A stretch of DNA of 32,000 nucleotides from NCBI GenBank assembly GCA_048882505.1, contig JBHLRO010000008.1:90001-122000 (forward strand), given 5' to 3'. Position numbers and translations under genes: made by a program. The notes below the pieces were generated by a model. That model did not search any database. It saw only the letters and a list, made by a program, of their open reading frames with translations, and had not been told where the DNA came from. The stretch comes from Candidatus Thorarchaeota archaeon (GTDB taxonomy: Archaea > Asgardarchaeota > Heimdallarchaeia > Hodarchaeales > Hodarchaeaceae). Below are positions 1 to 8,729 of this stretch, in pieces (the first letter of the stretch is position 1; each line of letters starts with the position of its first letter).

Positions 1-14
1 CATGTGGAAAAGCG

Positions 15-55
15 GTCATAACTTATATATTTTCAATAAATTTATAAGTTATGAC
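15..55. promoter_or_regulatory. 13-bp perfect inverted repeat (GTCATAACTTATA-N15-TATAAGTTATGAC) with TATA-like sequence in each arm; candidate operator or bidirectional promoter
   Basis: Arms at 15-27 and 43-55 are exact reverse complements, and pairing continues at 29-32/38-41. It lies upstream of the ORFs starting at 80 and 190. Confidence 0.6.
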
Positions 56-79
56 TAATATTGAATTAATAGATCATAA

Positions 80-190
80 ATGGTTCAATTTGAGCCCAGT
101 GAAATAAAAATTGAAAATAACATCACTTTCAATCTTCAAGTTATCAAAAAGGTAAAAAATGAGCAAAATAAGGAATATGGTGGAAAATAA
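80..190 (+). CDS. Possible 36-aa small ORF (MVQFEPSEIKIENNITFNLQVIKKVKNEQNKEYGGK), coupled to the next gene
   Basis: ATG at 80, TAA at 188-190 overlapping the ATG at 190 (TAATG). It starts about 32-37 bp after the TATA-like arm at 43-48. No family recognised. Confidence 0.3.
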   Translation: MVQFEPSEIKIENNITFNLQVIKKVKNEQNKEYGGK

Positions 191-2832
191 TGGAAAGATC
201 AATGAAAAAAACATGGTGGGCAATCATATTTATCGTTATAACTCAACTGGTAATCTTTTCCGTTCAATCAAAAATCCCAGGGGAAATATGGCTTGAAGGT
301 CACTGGAAATCACCGAATAATCCTGATCAGGGAGAAAGCGTGGATGTTTATTGTTCCGTGGGCCACACCGGGAACCCCAGTTATATTATTGCGGACCTTT
401 ATTATAGGATTAATGGCAATCCTCAAAACCCAAGCCCAGTTTCAATGAGCAATATGGGTGGCGGTACCTATAAGGCGACTATACCCCCAGGTAGTTTGGG
501 AGATTTTATTGAATATAGGATTAGAGTGGAAGGAGAGGTTGACAGCTTTTGGTACCTTCTCTATTCTCCTTCCTCAACAGGATGGCACTCCTATACCGTT
601 GCTGAAACTTCCGATATCTCGTGGATAAGTCCGAGTGACGGGACCGAAATCCCATTTGGCCCGATCGATAATAATATCATTTTCGACTTTAACTGGAATT
701 ATAATAATTTGGACGACGCAACACTTCGGATTGGTAATCAGAATTTTGATATTTTGGGCCCAGGGGGTAAGGTGCTTCAAGTCGTTTTGGACGGCGCATC
801 TTTTGACGGTTCGCCGCTAACAGCTACCTTGAATGGTTATAAGAATGGAATACTAGTAGATTTTGATGTTCGTTATTTTAGCTTTAGAAGATTGGACTAT
901 GGTTTGAATTGGGATTCTCCCTCTGACGGTAACACTATTTCTTTCAGTCCAACAGGTTTAGCACGGTTTAACTTCACATTTTCCAAAGGATTCGATATCC
1001 AGACGGTGAAGATGTTCTTCAATACTACGGACATGGGTGAAGTAACCAATCCAGGAATGGTTGAATTTACGTTTGAAGATTTTTCTGGGTCAGTTTTTGC
1101 AACATTAAGAGGATATGACTCATATAACAATGAGGTGGCCAGTGATACTCGTACTTTTGTATTTAGGAGATTGATTGTGGAAGTTGTTTGGGAATCACCA
1201 GGCATAAATAGTTCAATCACCTTTGATCCAGGAACCGACCCCGTGGAGTTCAATCTCACCTATTCTATGGGAACTGATGTCGAGTATGTGAAACTAGAAC
1301 TCAACGCGATAGATATGGGGGTAGTCAGTAGTCCGGGAACTGTTGCTTTTCTATTCAATGACAGCTTCTATGGACTAATTGAAGCGATCTTAAGAGGATA
1401 CAATGAATTTGACACTGAAATCTCGAGTGATACTCGTCATTTTACGTTTGATAAAAAAGTAGCAACTCGATTTGAAATCCTCCAACAGGATGAAATCGAT
1501 CAAGGAAGAAAACTGTATCTGATTCTTCATGATCCCAATGGCGATGGAAGTACTTCCAGTTATGAAAAATCGACAACCATATCCCTAGGAATTGGCTGTG
1601 AAATCACCGCAGGCGTAACCCAAGGATTAGAAGTCGGCGTTGAAGAAAAATTTGATTTCTTTGGGCTGTTTGAAACTGGCATAGAAGCTTCCACAAAGCT
1701 TTCCTTGTCATTGGAGGCTAGCCTGGGATTTGATGCAAGATTTGACATCTCAGATAGTACTTTTTTGTCATCGTCCGATTCTTCTACCTCTGTTGACCAT
1801 ATTGGGCCTGGTTATGGCGATCGTTATTGGGGTGAACTATGGAAATTTAGGTATGTAATCACAAGTCATTACGTTGAGTATTATAATGGAACAGAGGTCT
1901 ATTACGATCCACATCTCTGGTGGGGCATACTACGGGATTCCGAGGCCTATCTCAGCGATGCAAATGCCCCTCAAAATTGGAGAGAACTAAACCCAGCGCA
2001 TCAAAACTACACGAACGAACAGGTTGAATGGATTAGTGGCTTTTTGGTGACTGATGGAGCAGGAACCTATATTAATTCTCATGAGGTCACGAATACAAAT
2101 ACTGTAAGTGCTTCGATCATAATAGGGATAAAAAGTGAAACAAAGTCTAAACTTACTCTAGGCGGAGTACACGTTGAGGAAACGTTGGAATTATCGCTAA
2201 AAACCAAAGTCTATGCAGAGGCCAGCGTAGGTAATAGTATTAAAACTAGTTATACCATACATGATGATGATCCTGAAGATTCCATCGTACAGAGAGTTGG
2301 GATTGATAAAAACTTTGGAACTTACATTTTTCAAACGGAGCCTAACTTTTGTGCGACATCCAGTCCTATAGAGCATAATACAGTTGATTATGTCCCTCCG
2401 AAGCTGGGATATCCAACCATTATCTACGACACGGATCAGGACTTTAAAGGCCCTACTCCACACGACAGTCCCCTTGTTACAGTTAAAATCGAAGAAGAAG
2501 GTGGTGTCCAAGATGCGGTACTCTACTTTTCTAACGACAACGGAACAAGCTGGAGATCCACACCATTACTCGAGTATCAAGGTCAACCTGATATATGGCA
2601 TGCAAACATTCCGAAGCAAGCAAACATGACGACTATCCTGTGGTACTTAAAAGCTTGGGACGAAAGGGGTAATACTGCGGAAAAGTATGATATCACGGGT
2701 TCATACTTTTCTTACGAGGTTGGTGTTTTAATAAATCCTCTTTCATCCACGACTCCCGGCTTTACGATATGGACAATCATGTTTGGCATGGTGATAGGAG
2801 TATTCCTCGTTTTAAAACGAAAACCAAAATGA
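190..2832 (+). CDS. Large secreted, C-terminally anchored surface protein (Ig-like domains, central beta-hairpin-rich domain, PGF-CTERM-like anchor)
   Basis: 880-aa ORF with an N-terminal signal peptide (KKTWWAIIFIVITQLVIFSVQS) and three internal repeats. It ends TTPGF + hydrophobic helix + KRKPK. Confidence 0.85.
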   Translation: MERSMKKTWWAIIFIVITQLVIFSVQSKIPGEIWLEGHWKSPNNPDQGESVDVYCSVGHTGNPSYIIADLYYRINGNPQNPSPVSMSNMGGGTYKATIPPGSLGDFIEYRIRVEGEVDSFWYLLYSPSSTGWHSYTVAETSDISWISPSDGTEIPFGPIDNNIIFDFNWNYNNLDDATLRIGNQNFDILGPGGKVLQVVLDGASFDGSPLTATLNGYKNGILVDFDVRYFSFRRLDYGLNWDSPSDGNTISFSPTGLARFNFTFSKGFDIQTVKMFFNTTDMGEVTNPGMVEFTFEDFSGSVFATLRGYDSYNNEVASDTRTFVFRRLIVEVVWESPGINSSITFDPGTDPVEFNLTYSMGTDVEYVKLELNAIDMGVVSSPGTVAFLFNDSFYGLIEAILRGYNEFDTEISSDTRHFTFDKKVATRFEILQQDEIDQGRKLYLILHDPNGDGSTSSYEKSTTISLGIGCEITAGVTQGLEVGVEEKFDFFGLFETGIEASTKLSLSLEASLGFDARFDISDSTFLSSSDSSTSVDHIGPGYGDRYWGELWKFRYVITSHYVEYYNGTEVYYDPHLWWGILRDSEAYLSDANAPQNWRELNPAHQNYTNEQVEWISGFLVTDGAGTYINSHEVTNTNTVSASIIIGIKSETKSKLTLGGVHVEETLELSLKTKVYAEASVGNSIKTSYTIHDDDPEDSIVQRVGIDKNFGTYIFQTEPNFCATSSPIEHNTVDYVPPKLGYPTIIYDTDQDFKGPTPHDSPLVTVKIEEEGGVQDAVLYFSNDNGTSWRSTPLLEYQGQPDIWHANIPKQANMTTILWYLKAWDERGNTAEKYDITGSYFSYEVGVLINPLSSTTPGFTIWTIMFGMVIGVFLVLKRKPK
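616..1455 (+). repeat. Three tandem ~95-aa Ig-like repeats within the surface protein
   Basis: Repeats begin ISWISPSDG / LNWDSPSDG / VVWESPGIN and end L.GY....V..D.R.F.F. Repeats 2 and 3 share the DNA words taagaggata and agtgatactcgt. Confidence 0.8.
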
Positions 2833-3563
2833 TTCCTTAATGGATTCGGCCAAATTAATCTAAAAAAATAGCAGTATCTCTAAAAAAACTATATCTAGTA
2901 GTAAAACGGCTTTCTCAAATGAACATCTGCTGTCCGAGACGATTTGCGTCAAATCACTATATTGTGGACCTATCTGGGCCATCCCCGCTATATTCTCCTT
3001 GCAGATCCCAAAATTTACCGCAGTGATCATCTTGCTCTTGATTTCCATCATTAAGGCAAGAGATTGAAATCTGCCAGAGGAGATTCTCACAATTGTTCCT
3101 TAATGGGAAGACCTCTGCTTAACCCGAGTGCCAAAGCTTCTCCTTAGTTTAATCCCAATTAAATTGAATGTTGGCTCTTTATTGGATTTGGGGTATTGAG
3201 GAGGAAATGTTTAGTTTGGAAATACCTGACTGTTTCCAAGATAGATAAATTCCCGAGGGATTTTTCCTGCATCTTATATTATGAAGATACCATGAAAGTT
3301 TTTAACTGGAGACGAAGATGAAATACTCCCCTCTCCGTGTTATCTTTGAAACATGGTTTTCTGAACTATCATTGGAGTAATTTATCACATGAAAAAGGAC
3401 CGAATTAAACTAAATTCACCCGAAGCATTTATGGAAGCAATAAATCGGTATCAAACGAAACAAACTTCCTATTCGACTTCTGGAGAGGATTCATATCCAT
3501 TAACAAGACTATCCATGAAGTGATTCCTTCCGAAAAACATTTCTAAGTCATCACTACCTTGAT

Positions 3564-4013
3564 TTGGAGTTATCTCCACTGTTGGGGACTACATACGGTT
3601 TTATACCGCAAACGCTTTGTGAAGACGGTGATCCATTAGATGTTTTGATTCACTCCAGTGTCGGGAAGTTGCAATTCCCAGGAAGCATAATAACAGCCAA
3701 ACCAGTGGCTGTTTTAAAAATGGAGGACGAAAAGGAGATGACGATAAGATTGTAGCCATTCAGACCGAAGACCCTCACATGGAAGAAAATTAAATCGATC
3801 AATTCCATACCTAAACACCTGTTAAATGAGACAGAAGAGTTCTTCAATACCTACAAACATTTCGAGCGAGGTAAAACGACAAGAGTCGTTGGATGGGAAG
3901 ATAAAAATGTGGCCGAATGTCTTATCATTGAAGCAATTGGTGGATATAGTGGAAAAACCAATACCAATTCTGCTTCTAACGTCAAATTACTGTTAAAAAG
4001 GGACAACAGTTGA
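3564..4013 (+). pseudogene. ppa: Family I inorganic pyrophosphatase remnant with two compensating frameshifts and no recognisable N-terminus
   Basis: Frame at 3564 gives YGFIPQTLCEDGDPLDVLI (PPase D-G-D-P-L-D signature). A -1 shift at the A-run 3730-3733 gives GDDDKIVAIQTEDPH. A +1 shift near 3786-3789 gives IKSINSIPKHLLNETEEFFNTYKHFERGKTTRVVGWEDK, ending TGA 4011-4013. Confidence 0.85.
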
Positions 4014-4091
4014 ACCAGTATTAATCGTTTAATGCATTACAGCGTTATATCCAGTTTGAAATCCGCGGCATTTTTCGTAGGTGAATTTAAA

Positions 4092-4610
4092 ATGGATGTG
4101 GAAACTGCTATCAAAACCCGTCGTGCGATTCGTTTATTTGATGATAAACCGATACCTATTGAGATTGTTACTAAGATTTTGGAGGCTGGCAGACTGGCGC
4201 CCTCTTCCAAAAATTCACAACCAGTTAGAATGATCGTTATTCGAGATAAAAACAAACTTAAGGATGTTAGTAAGATGACCTATTCTGGAGACTTTATTGC
4301 AGATGCGCCAATGGCCATCGCGATCATTACAGAGGATGCGAAACTACCAGATGTTGATGCAGCGCGAGCTGTCCAGAATATGGTGTTAATCGCTTGGAGT
4401 TATGGCATTGGGAGTGTTTGGGTCACCAATTTTTGGGATAAAGGAAAGGAAGTTTTGGCTGTACCTATGATAGGGAGATATAGATTAATAACAGTAATTC
4501 CGTTCGGGTATCCCCATCCAAGTATCGTGAAACCAAAGGGCGCAAGAATTAGACTGGATTTGAAGCAAGTTGTTTTTATGGAAGAGTGGGGAAAACCTTG
4601 GCCCTATTGA
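4092..4610 (+). CDS. Nitroreductase family flavoprotein
   Basis: Motifs AIKTRRAIRLF and AGRLAPSSKNSQP, plus AVQNMVLIAWSYGIGSVW. ATG 4092 follows an AGGTGA RBS-like sequence, preferred over the ORF-track start at 4032. Confidence 0.92.
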   Translation: MDVETAIKTRRAIRLFDDKPIPIEIVTKILEAGRLAPSSKNSQPVRMIVIRDKNKLKDVSKMTYSGDFIADAPMAIAIITEDAKLPDVDAARAVQNMVLIAWSYGIGSVWVTNFWDKGKEVLAVPMIGRYRLITVIPFGYPHPSIVKPKGARIRLDLKQVVFMEEWGKPWPY

Positions 4611-4657
4611 ATTTAGCAACGATTATAGGCAGTATCAAAACCATAGCTTGTCCTTTA

Positions 4658-6040
4658 TCATAAAACTTCAGGCGGACGCAGTATGTATTTCAGATCCATC
4701 ATTGTTTGCGTTTGTTGGCGAGCTTTCTTGATTATACATTCAGCCTTTTCAAAAGCTTCCTTATAAGAAAGTTTCCTTCTTGCAACGCTATCCTTTATCG
4801 CCTGTTGTCCAACCGCCGCAGCCTCACGCGGAAAAACCTCCCATTCATCCATATCTGGTACGATATATTCCTGTGATAATCCCCTATCTTCAGCTGTTTT
4901 GGCTAGTTCATTAGCAGCCGCAATGACCATGTTATCAGTGATAGTGACAGCTTGGACATCTAAGGTTCCTCGAAATATTCCTGGGAAACCGAGACTATTG
5001 TTAACTTGATTAGGAAAATCCGAACGTCCTGTGGCAATAATACAGGCCCCAGCCTGCTTTGCCTCCCAGGGCCAGATCTCTGGAATAGGGTTCGCGCACG
5101 CAAAAACTATCGAATCATCGTTCATTGCTTTAATATGCTCTGGTTTAATAATACCTGGGCCAGGACAACTTGCAGCAATAACAACATCAGTGTCTCTCAT
5201 AGCGGCCAATAAATCACCCTGCCGCCCTTCTCCATTAGAATTTAAGCACATATTCCATTTATATTTCCAATCGTCCTTTACTACTTCGATATCCTTTCGA
5301 GTTGGCGAAAGGATACCTTTTGAATCCACCATTATGATATTCTTTTGTGGAACTCCCGCAGCGATCACCACACGCGCGGCAGCAATATTGGCAGCACCCG
5401 CGCCCACCATAGTTATTAAAACTTCGTCAATCTTCTTATTAACGTACTTTATGGCATTGAATAAAGCAGCCAGTATAATGGCTGCCGTTCCTTGTTGATC
5501 ATCATGCCAAACAGGGATCCTCACATCCTTATCTTCTCTTAACCTATCAAGTATTTCGAAGCACTTCGGTTGGGCAATATCCTCCAGATTGATTCCTCCG
5601 AAAGTGGGTTGAATCCATTTCACCGCTGTTATGATTTCTTCTGTATCGTGACAATCCAAACAGATGGGGAATGCATCTACACCGCCTAAATATTTGAAAA
5701 GTAGAGCTTTTCCTTCCATAACAGGCATACTTGCCTCAGGACCGATATCACCTAATCCCAGTACCCTGGATCCATCACTAACTACGGCAACGTTGTTCCA
5801 TCTGTTTGTAAAAGAATAGGAAGCTTTAGATGTCCCATAATTATCGATTTCATCCGCTATTATCCTACATGCCCTTGCAACCCCCGGAGTATACCAAACG
5901 GCGAAATCTGAAAAGTCATCGATTTTCACTTTGGGAGTAACTTCAATTTTCCCTTTATAAAAAGGATGCCAAGCCTCAGCTTGTCTATTAGGAAGATCAG
6001 CCTTCTTGATTAATTTTTCAACGTCAGCATTCTTGGACAT
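4658..6040 (-). CDS. mae: NAD(P)-dependent malic enzyme (short type, no phosphotransacetylase fusion)
   Basis: Motifs [61 protein letters not shown] and [18 protein letters not shown] at 6040. Confidence 0.95.
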   Translation of the reverse strand: MSKNADVEKLIKKADLPNRQAEAWHPFYKGKIEVTPKVKIDDFSDFAVWYTPGVARACRIIADEIDNYGTSKASYSFTNRWNNVAVVSDGSRVLGLGDIGPEASMPVMEGKALLFKYLGGVDAFPICLDCHDTEEIITAVKWIQPTFGGINLEDIAQPKCFEILDRLREDKDVRIPVWHDDQQGTAAIILAALFNAIKYVNKKIDEVLITMVGAGAANIAAARVVIAAGVPQKNIIMVDSKGILSPTRKDIEVVKDDWKYKWNMCLNSNGEGRQGDLLAAMRDTDVVIAASCPGPGIIKPEHIKAMNDDSIVFACANPIPEIWPWEAKQAGACIIATGRSDFPNQVNNSLGFPGIFRGTLDVQAVTITDNMVIAAANELAKTAEDRGLSQEYIVPDMDEWEVFPREAAAVGQQAIKDSVARRKLSYKEAFEKAECIIKKARQQTQTMMDLKYILRPPEVL

Positions 6041-6070
6041 TGGAGGAATCCCCAATTCATGGGAAAGAAA

Positions 6071-6099
6071 TTCTGGATCATTTTAACATTGATCCAAAA
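6071..6099. promoter_or_regulatory. Imperfect palindrome TTCTGGATCA-N9-TGATCCAAAA, candidate operator for the malic enzyme gene
   Basis: 9 of 10 arm positions pair. It lies 31-59 bp upstream of the malic enzyme ATG and downstream of a TTTAAAA box on the minus strand (~6125-6131). Confidence 0.45.
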
Positions 6100-6868
6100 T
6101 CGAGGAGCGGGAGAAACCGGTTTGTTTTAAATGTAACGGGAGAATAATGATTACTTTACAATGACCCTACGTCCAAACCGCTTCTTACATTGTAAACAGA
6201 ATGCTTTATTGATAATTAATGGCAAAAAATAGGCAATAGATAACCTAGAACCAAGAAAATTAACTCACCTTGATTTTACTTCTGAAATCCAATCCAGAGA
6301 CATAAATTGACTTCATCATATCCACCATTGGTCTGCAAATTCCAATTCGTCTCAGCCTTGATTTATAAAATACCGGAAGTTTGGGGTGATTAATCTTTGG
6401 AGATGATATAAATCCAAGGATAAGGTCAGATTGTTGATCGAATTATAGCGCATCACCATTCTAAATATGCCGAGTTACTAGATCCTAATTGAAATATAAT
6501 CTCCTAGATACAAGGATTTTCAAAATGAATGATCCTGGAAGAGTTTTTTACCTTTTCTTTTCCTAGTTGATAAAAACTGGACTATATAGTACTCCAAGTC
6601 AGAATAATGGGCATAGTGACGTTTAAATAAGCTCATACTAATATCCAGATTTTGGGGCGCCTACCATGCTTCTGTTCAGAATCACGTGGGCGTTAACTAG
6701 TTTCTCAGATGGACCACATTCACGAAATGATCAATGTATCAATCAGTGTCATTTAAATTTCCAATAGATTCGATATAGGTTTTACCCAAGCCCCATAAAA
6801 CCTTATGAACTATAATCACTTGCTTATCTGTAATTCCTTGAATATATACCCGGGAGAAGAAACCTATT

Positions 6869-8020
6869 TTGGGTGCCCTTGAAAGAAAAATCGAAATTCT
6901 TGGCGAAGCAAGCAAGTTTGATGTCTGTGCATCAATGGCTTCACCAAGAAATGCTTGTAGAAACAACCGAATAGGCAATACGGATAAAATGGGCATTTGT
7001 CATGCTTTCACGCCCGATGGCAGATGTATCAGTCTCTTCAAGGTACTATTGACCAATGAATGCATTTATGATTGTGCATATTGTGTGAATAGCTCCACTG
7101 AGGCAAAAACCAAGGTTATGTTTAAACCTGCCGAATTGGCACGAGCTTTTATGGGATTGTACCTACGAAATTACGTTGAAGGGCTTTTCTTGTCTTCTGG
7201 TATTTGCCGTAACACCACGCACACCACTGAAAAAATGATAGAAGCTCTGAACCTAATTCGTAATAAGTATCTTTTCTACGGATATTTGCACGTCAAAGTT
7301 CTTCCCGGAACAGATAAGGAGTACATCAAGCGGATAATGGAATTAGCTGATCGAGTTAGTCTTAATATCGAGCTCCCAAGCTCATCCCGTCTATCTGAAG
7401 TCTCAAGTATGAAAGATTATCAAAACGACATAATAAGCTGTCAGAAGCACATTTCTAAATTCATTCGCCAGGGATTGGCTCCCGCAGGTCAAACTACTCA
7501 GTTTGTAGTTGGTACGACTGGTGAAACCGATCGTGAAATTATAGAGAGACTCCATTGGGAATATAAAAACCTGGATTTAAAACGTGGTTATTTTTCACAC
7601 TTTACACCAATCAAAGGAACGCCATTAGGTCACAGAGAAATATCCACCAGTCACAGAAAACGGGAGAATTTTCTCTATCGAATAGATTGGTTACTTCGAA
7701 AGTACGACTATAAAGTGGGAGATATTTATTCAATCTTAGACGAAGCAGAAATGATACCATTGACCATCGATCCTAAGGTCTCCCTGGCCGCCACAGATGA
7801 TCTTTTTCCATTAGATGTGAATGAAGCTTCATATGATGAACTTTTACGTGTACCTGGAATTGGAGAAATATCCGCAAGGAGAATCATTAACCTAAGAAAA
7901 GTTAAGAAAGAGATGCACAGCGTTGGAGATTTACAAAGATTAGGAGTCGTAGTAAAAAGAGCAAAACCATTCTTAATCGTTAATGGCTGGCAATACTCAA
8001 AAATCAATGAATTTTGTTGA
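6869..8020 (+). CDS. Putative DNA modification/repair radical SAM protein (TIGR03916/COG4277-like) with C-terminal helix-hairpin-helix
   Basis: GICHAFTPDGRCISLFKVLLTNECIYDCAYC (CxxxCxxC), YVEGLFLSSG, GYLHVK, NIELP, GQTTQFVVG, RENFLYRIDWLLRKY and LDVNEASYDELLRVPGIG. TTG start after a TATATA box. Confidence 0.93.
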   Translation: MGALERKIEILGEASKFDVCASMASPRNACRNNRIGNTDKMGICHAFTPDGRCISLFKVLLTNECIYDCAYCVNSSTEAKTKVMFKPAELARAFMGLYLRNYVEGLFLSSGICRNTTHTTEKMIEALNLIRNKYLFYGYLHVKVLPGTDKEYIKRIMELADRVSLNIELPSSSRLSEVSSMKDYQNDIISCQKHISKFIRQGLAPAGQTTQFVVGTTGETDREIIERLHWEYKNLDLKRGYFSHFTPIKGTPLGHREISTSHRKRENFLYRIDWLLRKYDYKVGDIYSILDEAEMIPLTIDPKVSLAATDDLFPLDVNEASYDELLRVPGIGEISARRIINLRKVKKEMHSVGDLQRLGVVVKRAKPFLIVNGWQYSKINEFC

Positions 8021-8038
8021 AATATTCAATGGGTTGAA

Positions 8039-8638
8039 ATGATGTACGGAAAAATCGAAAGAAAGGAAGTATTAGATTCCCTATCTAGGCATAAGGATAT
8101 TACAGAAGAATTTTTGAATCGAGTGAAATCTATTCCTAAAGTGATTTTAGAGAATGTTGGTACCAAAATTGCCAAACGGGCTGTGGCGATGAGTCGAGAA
8201 GTGGATGCTGATCTACATTCTCATAAAGCCTTTCTACGGCCATCTATTTCAAAGCATGGAATTTTATATGCGAAAACGAATGAGATGGATCATCGGAATG
8301 AGGAAGAACTCTTGCTTTTTTTCAAAAAGAGATTTCCCAAGTTTATTATCGTATTAGAGTCACAGAGAGGAACATTTTGGATCACAACATCATCACGGGT
8401 CTTATCAACTGACCAATCGTTATGTGAAGTTCTAAGGGAACTTGAAGACTCTCTTCCTGAGGTTCCATTTTTACGTGACTTGAGTGATAAAAATTACCAG
8501 TTATTGTGGGAAAACTTCGCACAATCCCAGATCATTGGAGGACGTAGACCATCAAAACGTATGAAAGCTTTAACAAAAAAATGGGATAATACTGTGCCAA
8601 AAGAAAGAACATTCGCGTCCTTAGATGCCTTTTTTTAA
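8039..8638 (+). CDS. DUF4130 (TIGR03915-like) partner of the radical SAM protein
   Basis: V.RE....H..KAFLR-like, FFKKRFP and YQLLWENF.QSQ.I..RR-like motifs. It lies 18 bp after the radical SAM gene, the usual gene pairing. Confidence 0.75.
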   Translation: MMYGKIERKEVLDSLSRHKDITEEFLNRVKSIPKVILENVGTKIAKRAVAMSREVDADLHSHKAFLRPSISKHGILYAKTNEMDHRNEEELLLFFKKRFPKFIIVLESQRGTFWITTSSRVLSTDQSLCEVLRELEDSLPEVPFLRDLSDKNYQLLWENFAQSQIIGGRRPSKRMKALTKKWDNTVPKERTFASLDAFF

Positions 8639-8729
8639 CGAAAAATTTCGTTCTTCATTATCTACCTTTCAGTACTATGATCTTCAACAGGTTTTTAGAT
8701 AACCTATTTCGATGCGGGAATATTTTGGC

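Noticed and set aside
2860-3090. 76-aa minus-strand ORF
   Set aside because: No recognisable motif, a non-ATG start and no RBS. The opposite-strand frame gives a hydrophobic tail (IPKFTAVIILLLISII) but has no start codon. Not supportable as a gene.
3389-3523. 44-aa ORF containing MEAINRY, superficially like a PPase C-terminus
   Set aside because: Too short, upstream of rather than after the ppa remnant, and with no other PPase motif.
3729-3755. Programmed ribosomal frameshifting in ppa
   Set aside because: It would need both a -1 and a +1 event, the A4 runs are not canonical heptameric slippery sites, and the N-terminus is also missing.
5031-5498. 155-aa plus-strand ORF
   Set aside because: Antisense shadow of the malic enzyme gene.
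6739-6996. 85-aa minus-strand ORF
   Set aside because: Overlaps the 5' end of the well-supported radical SAM gene on the opposite strand and has no motif.
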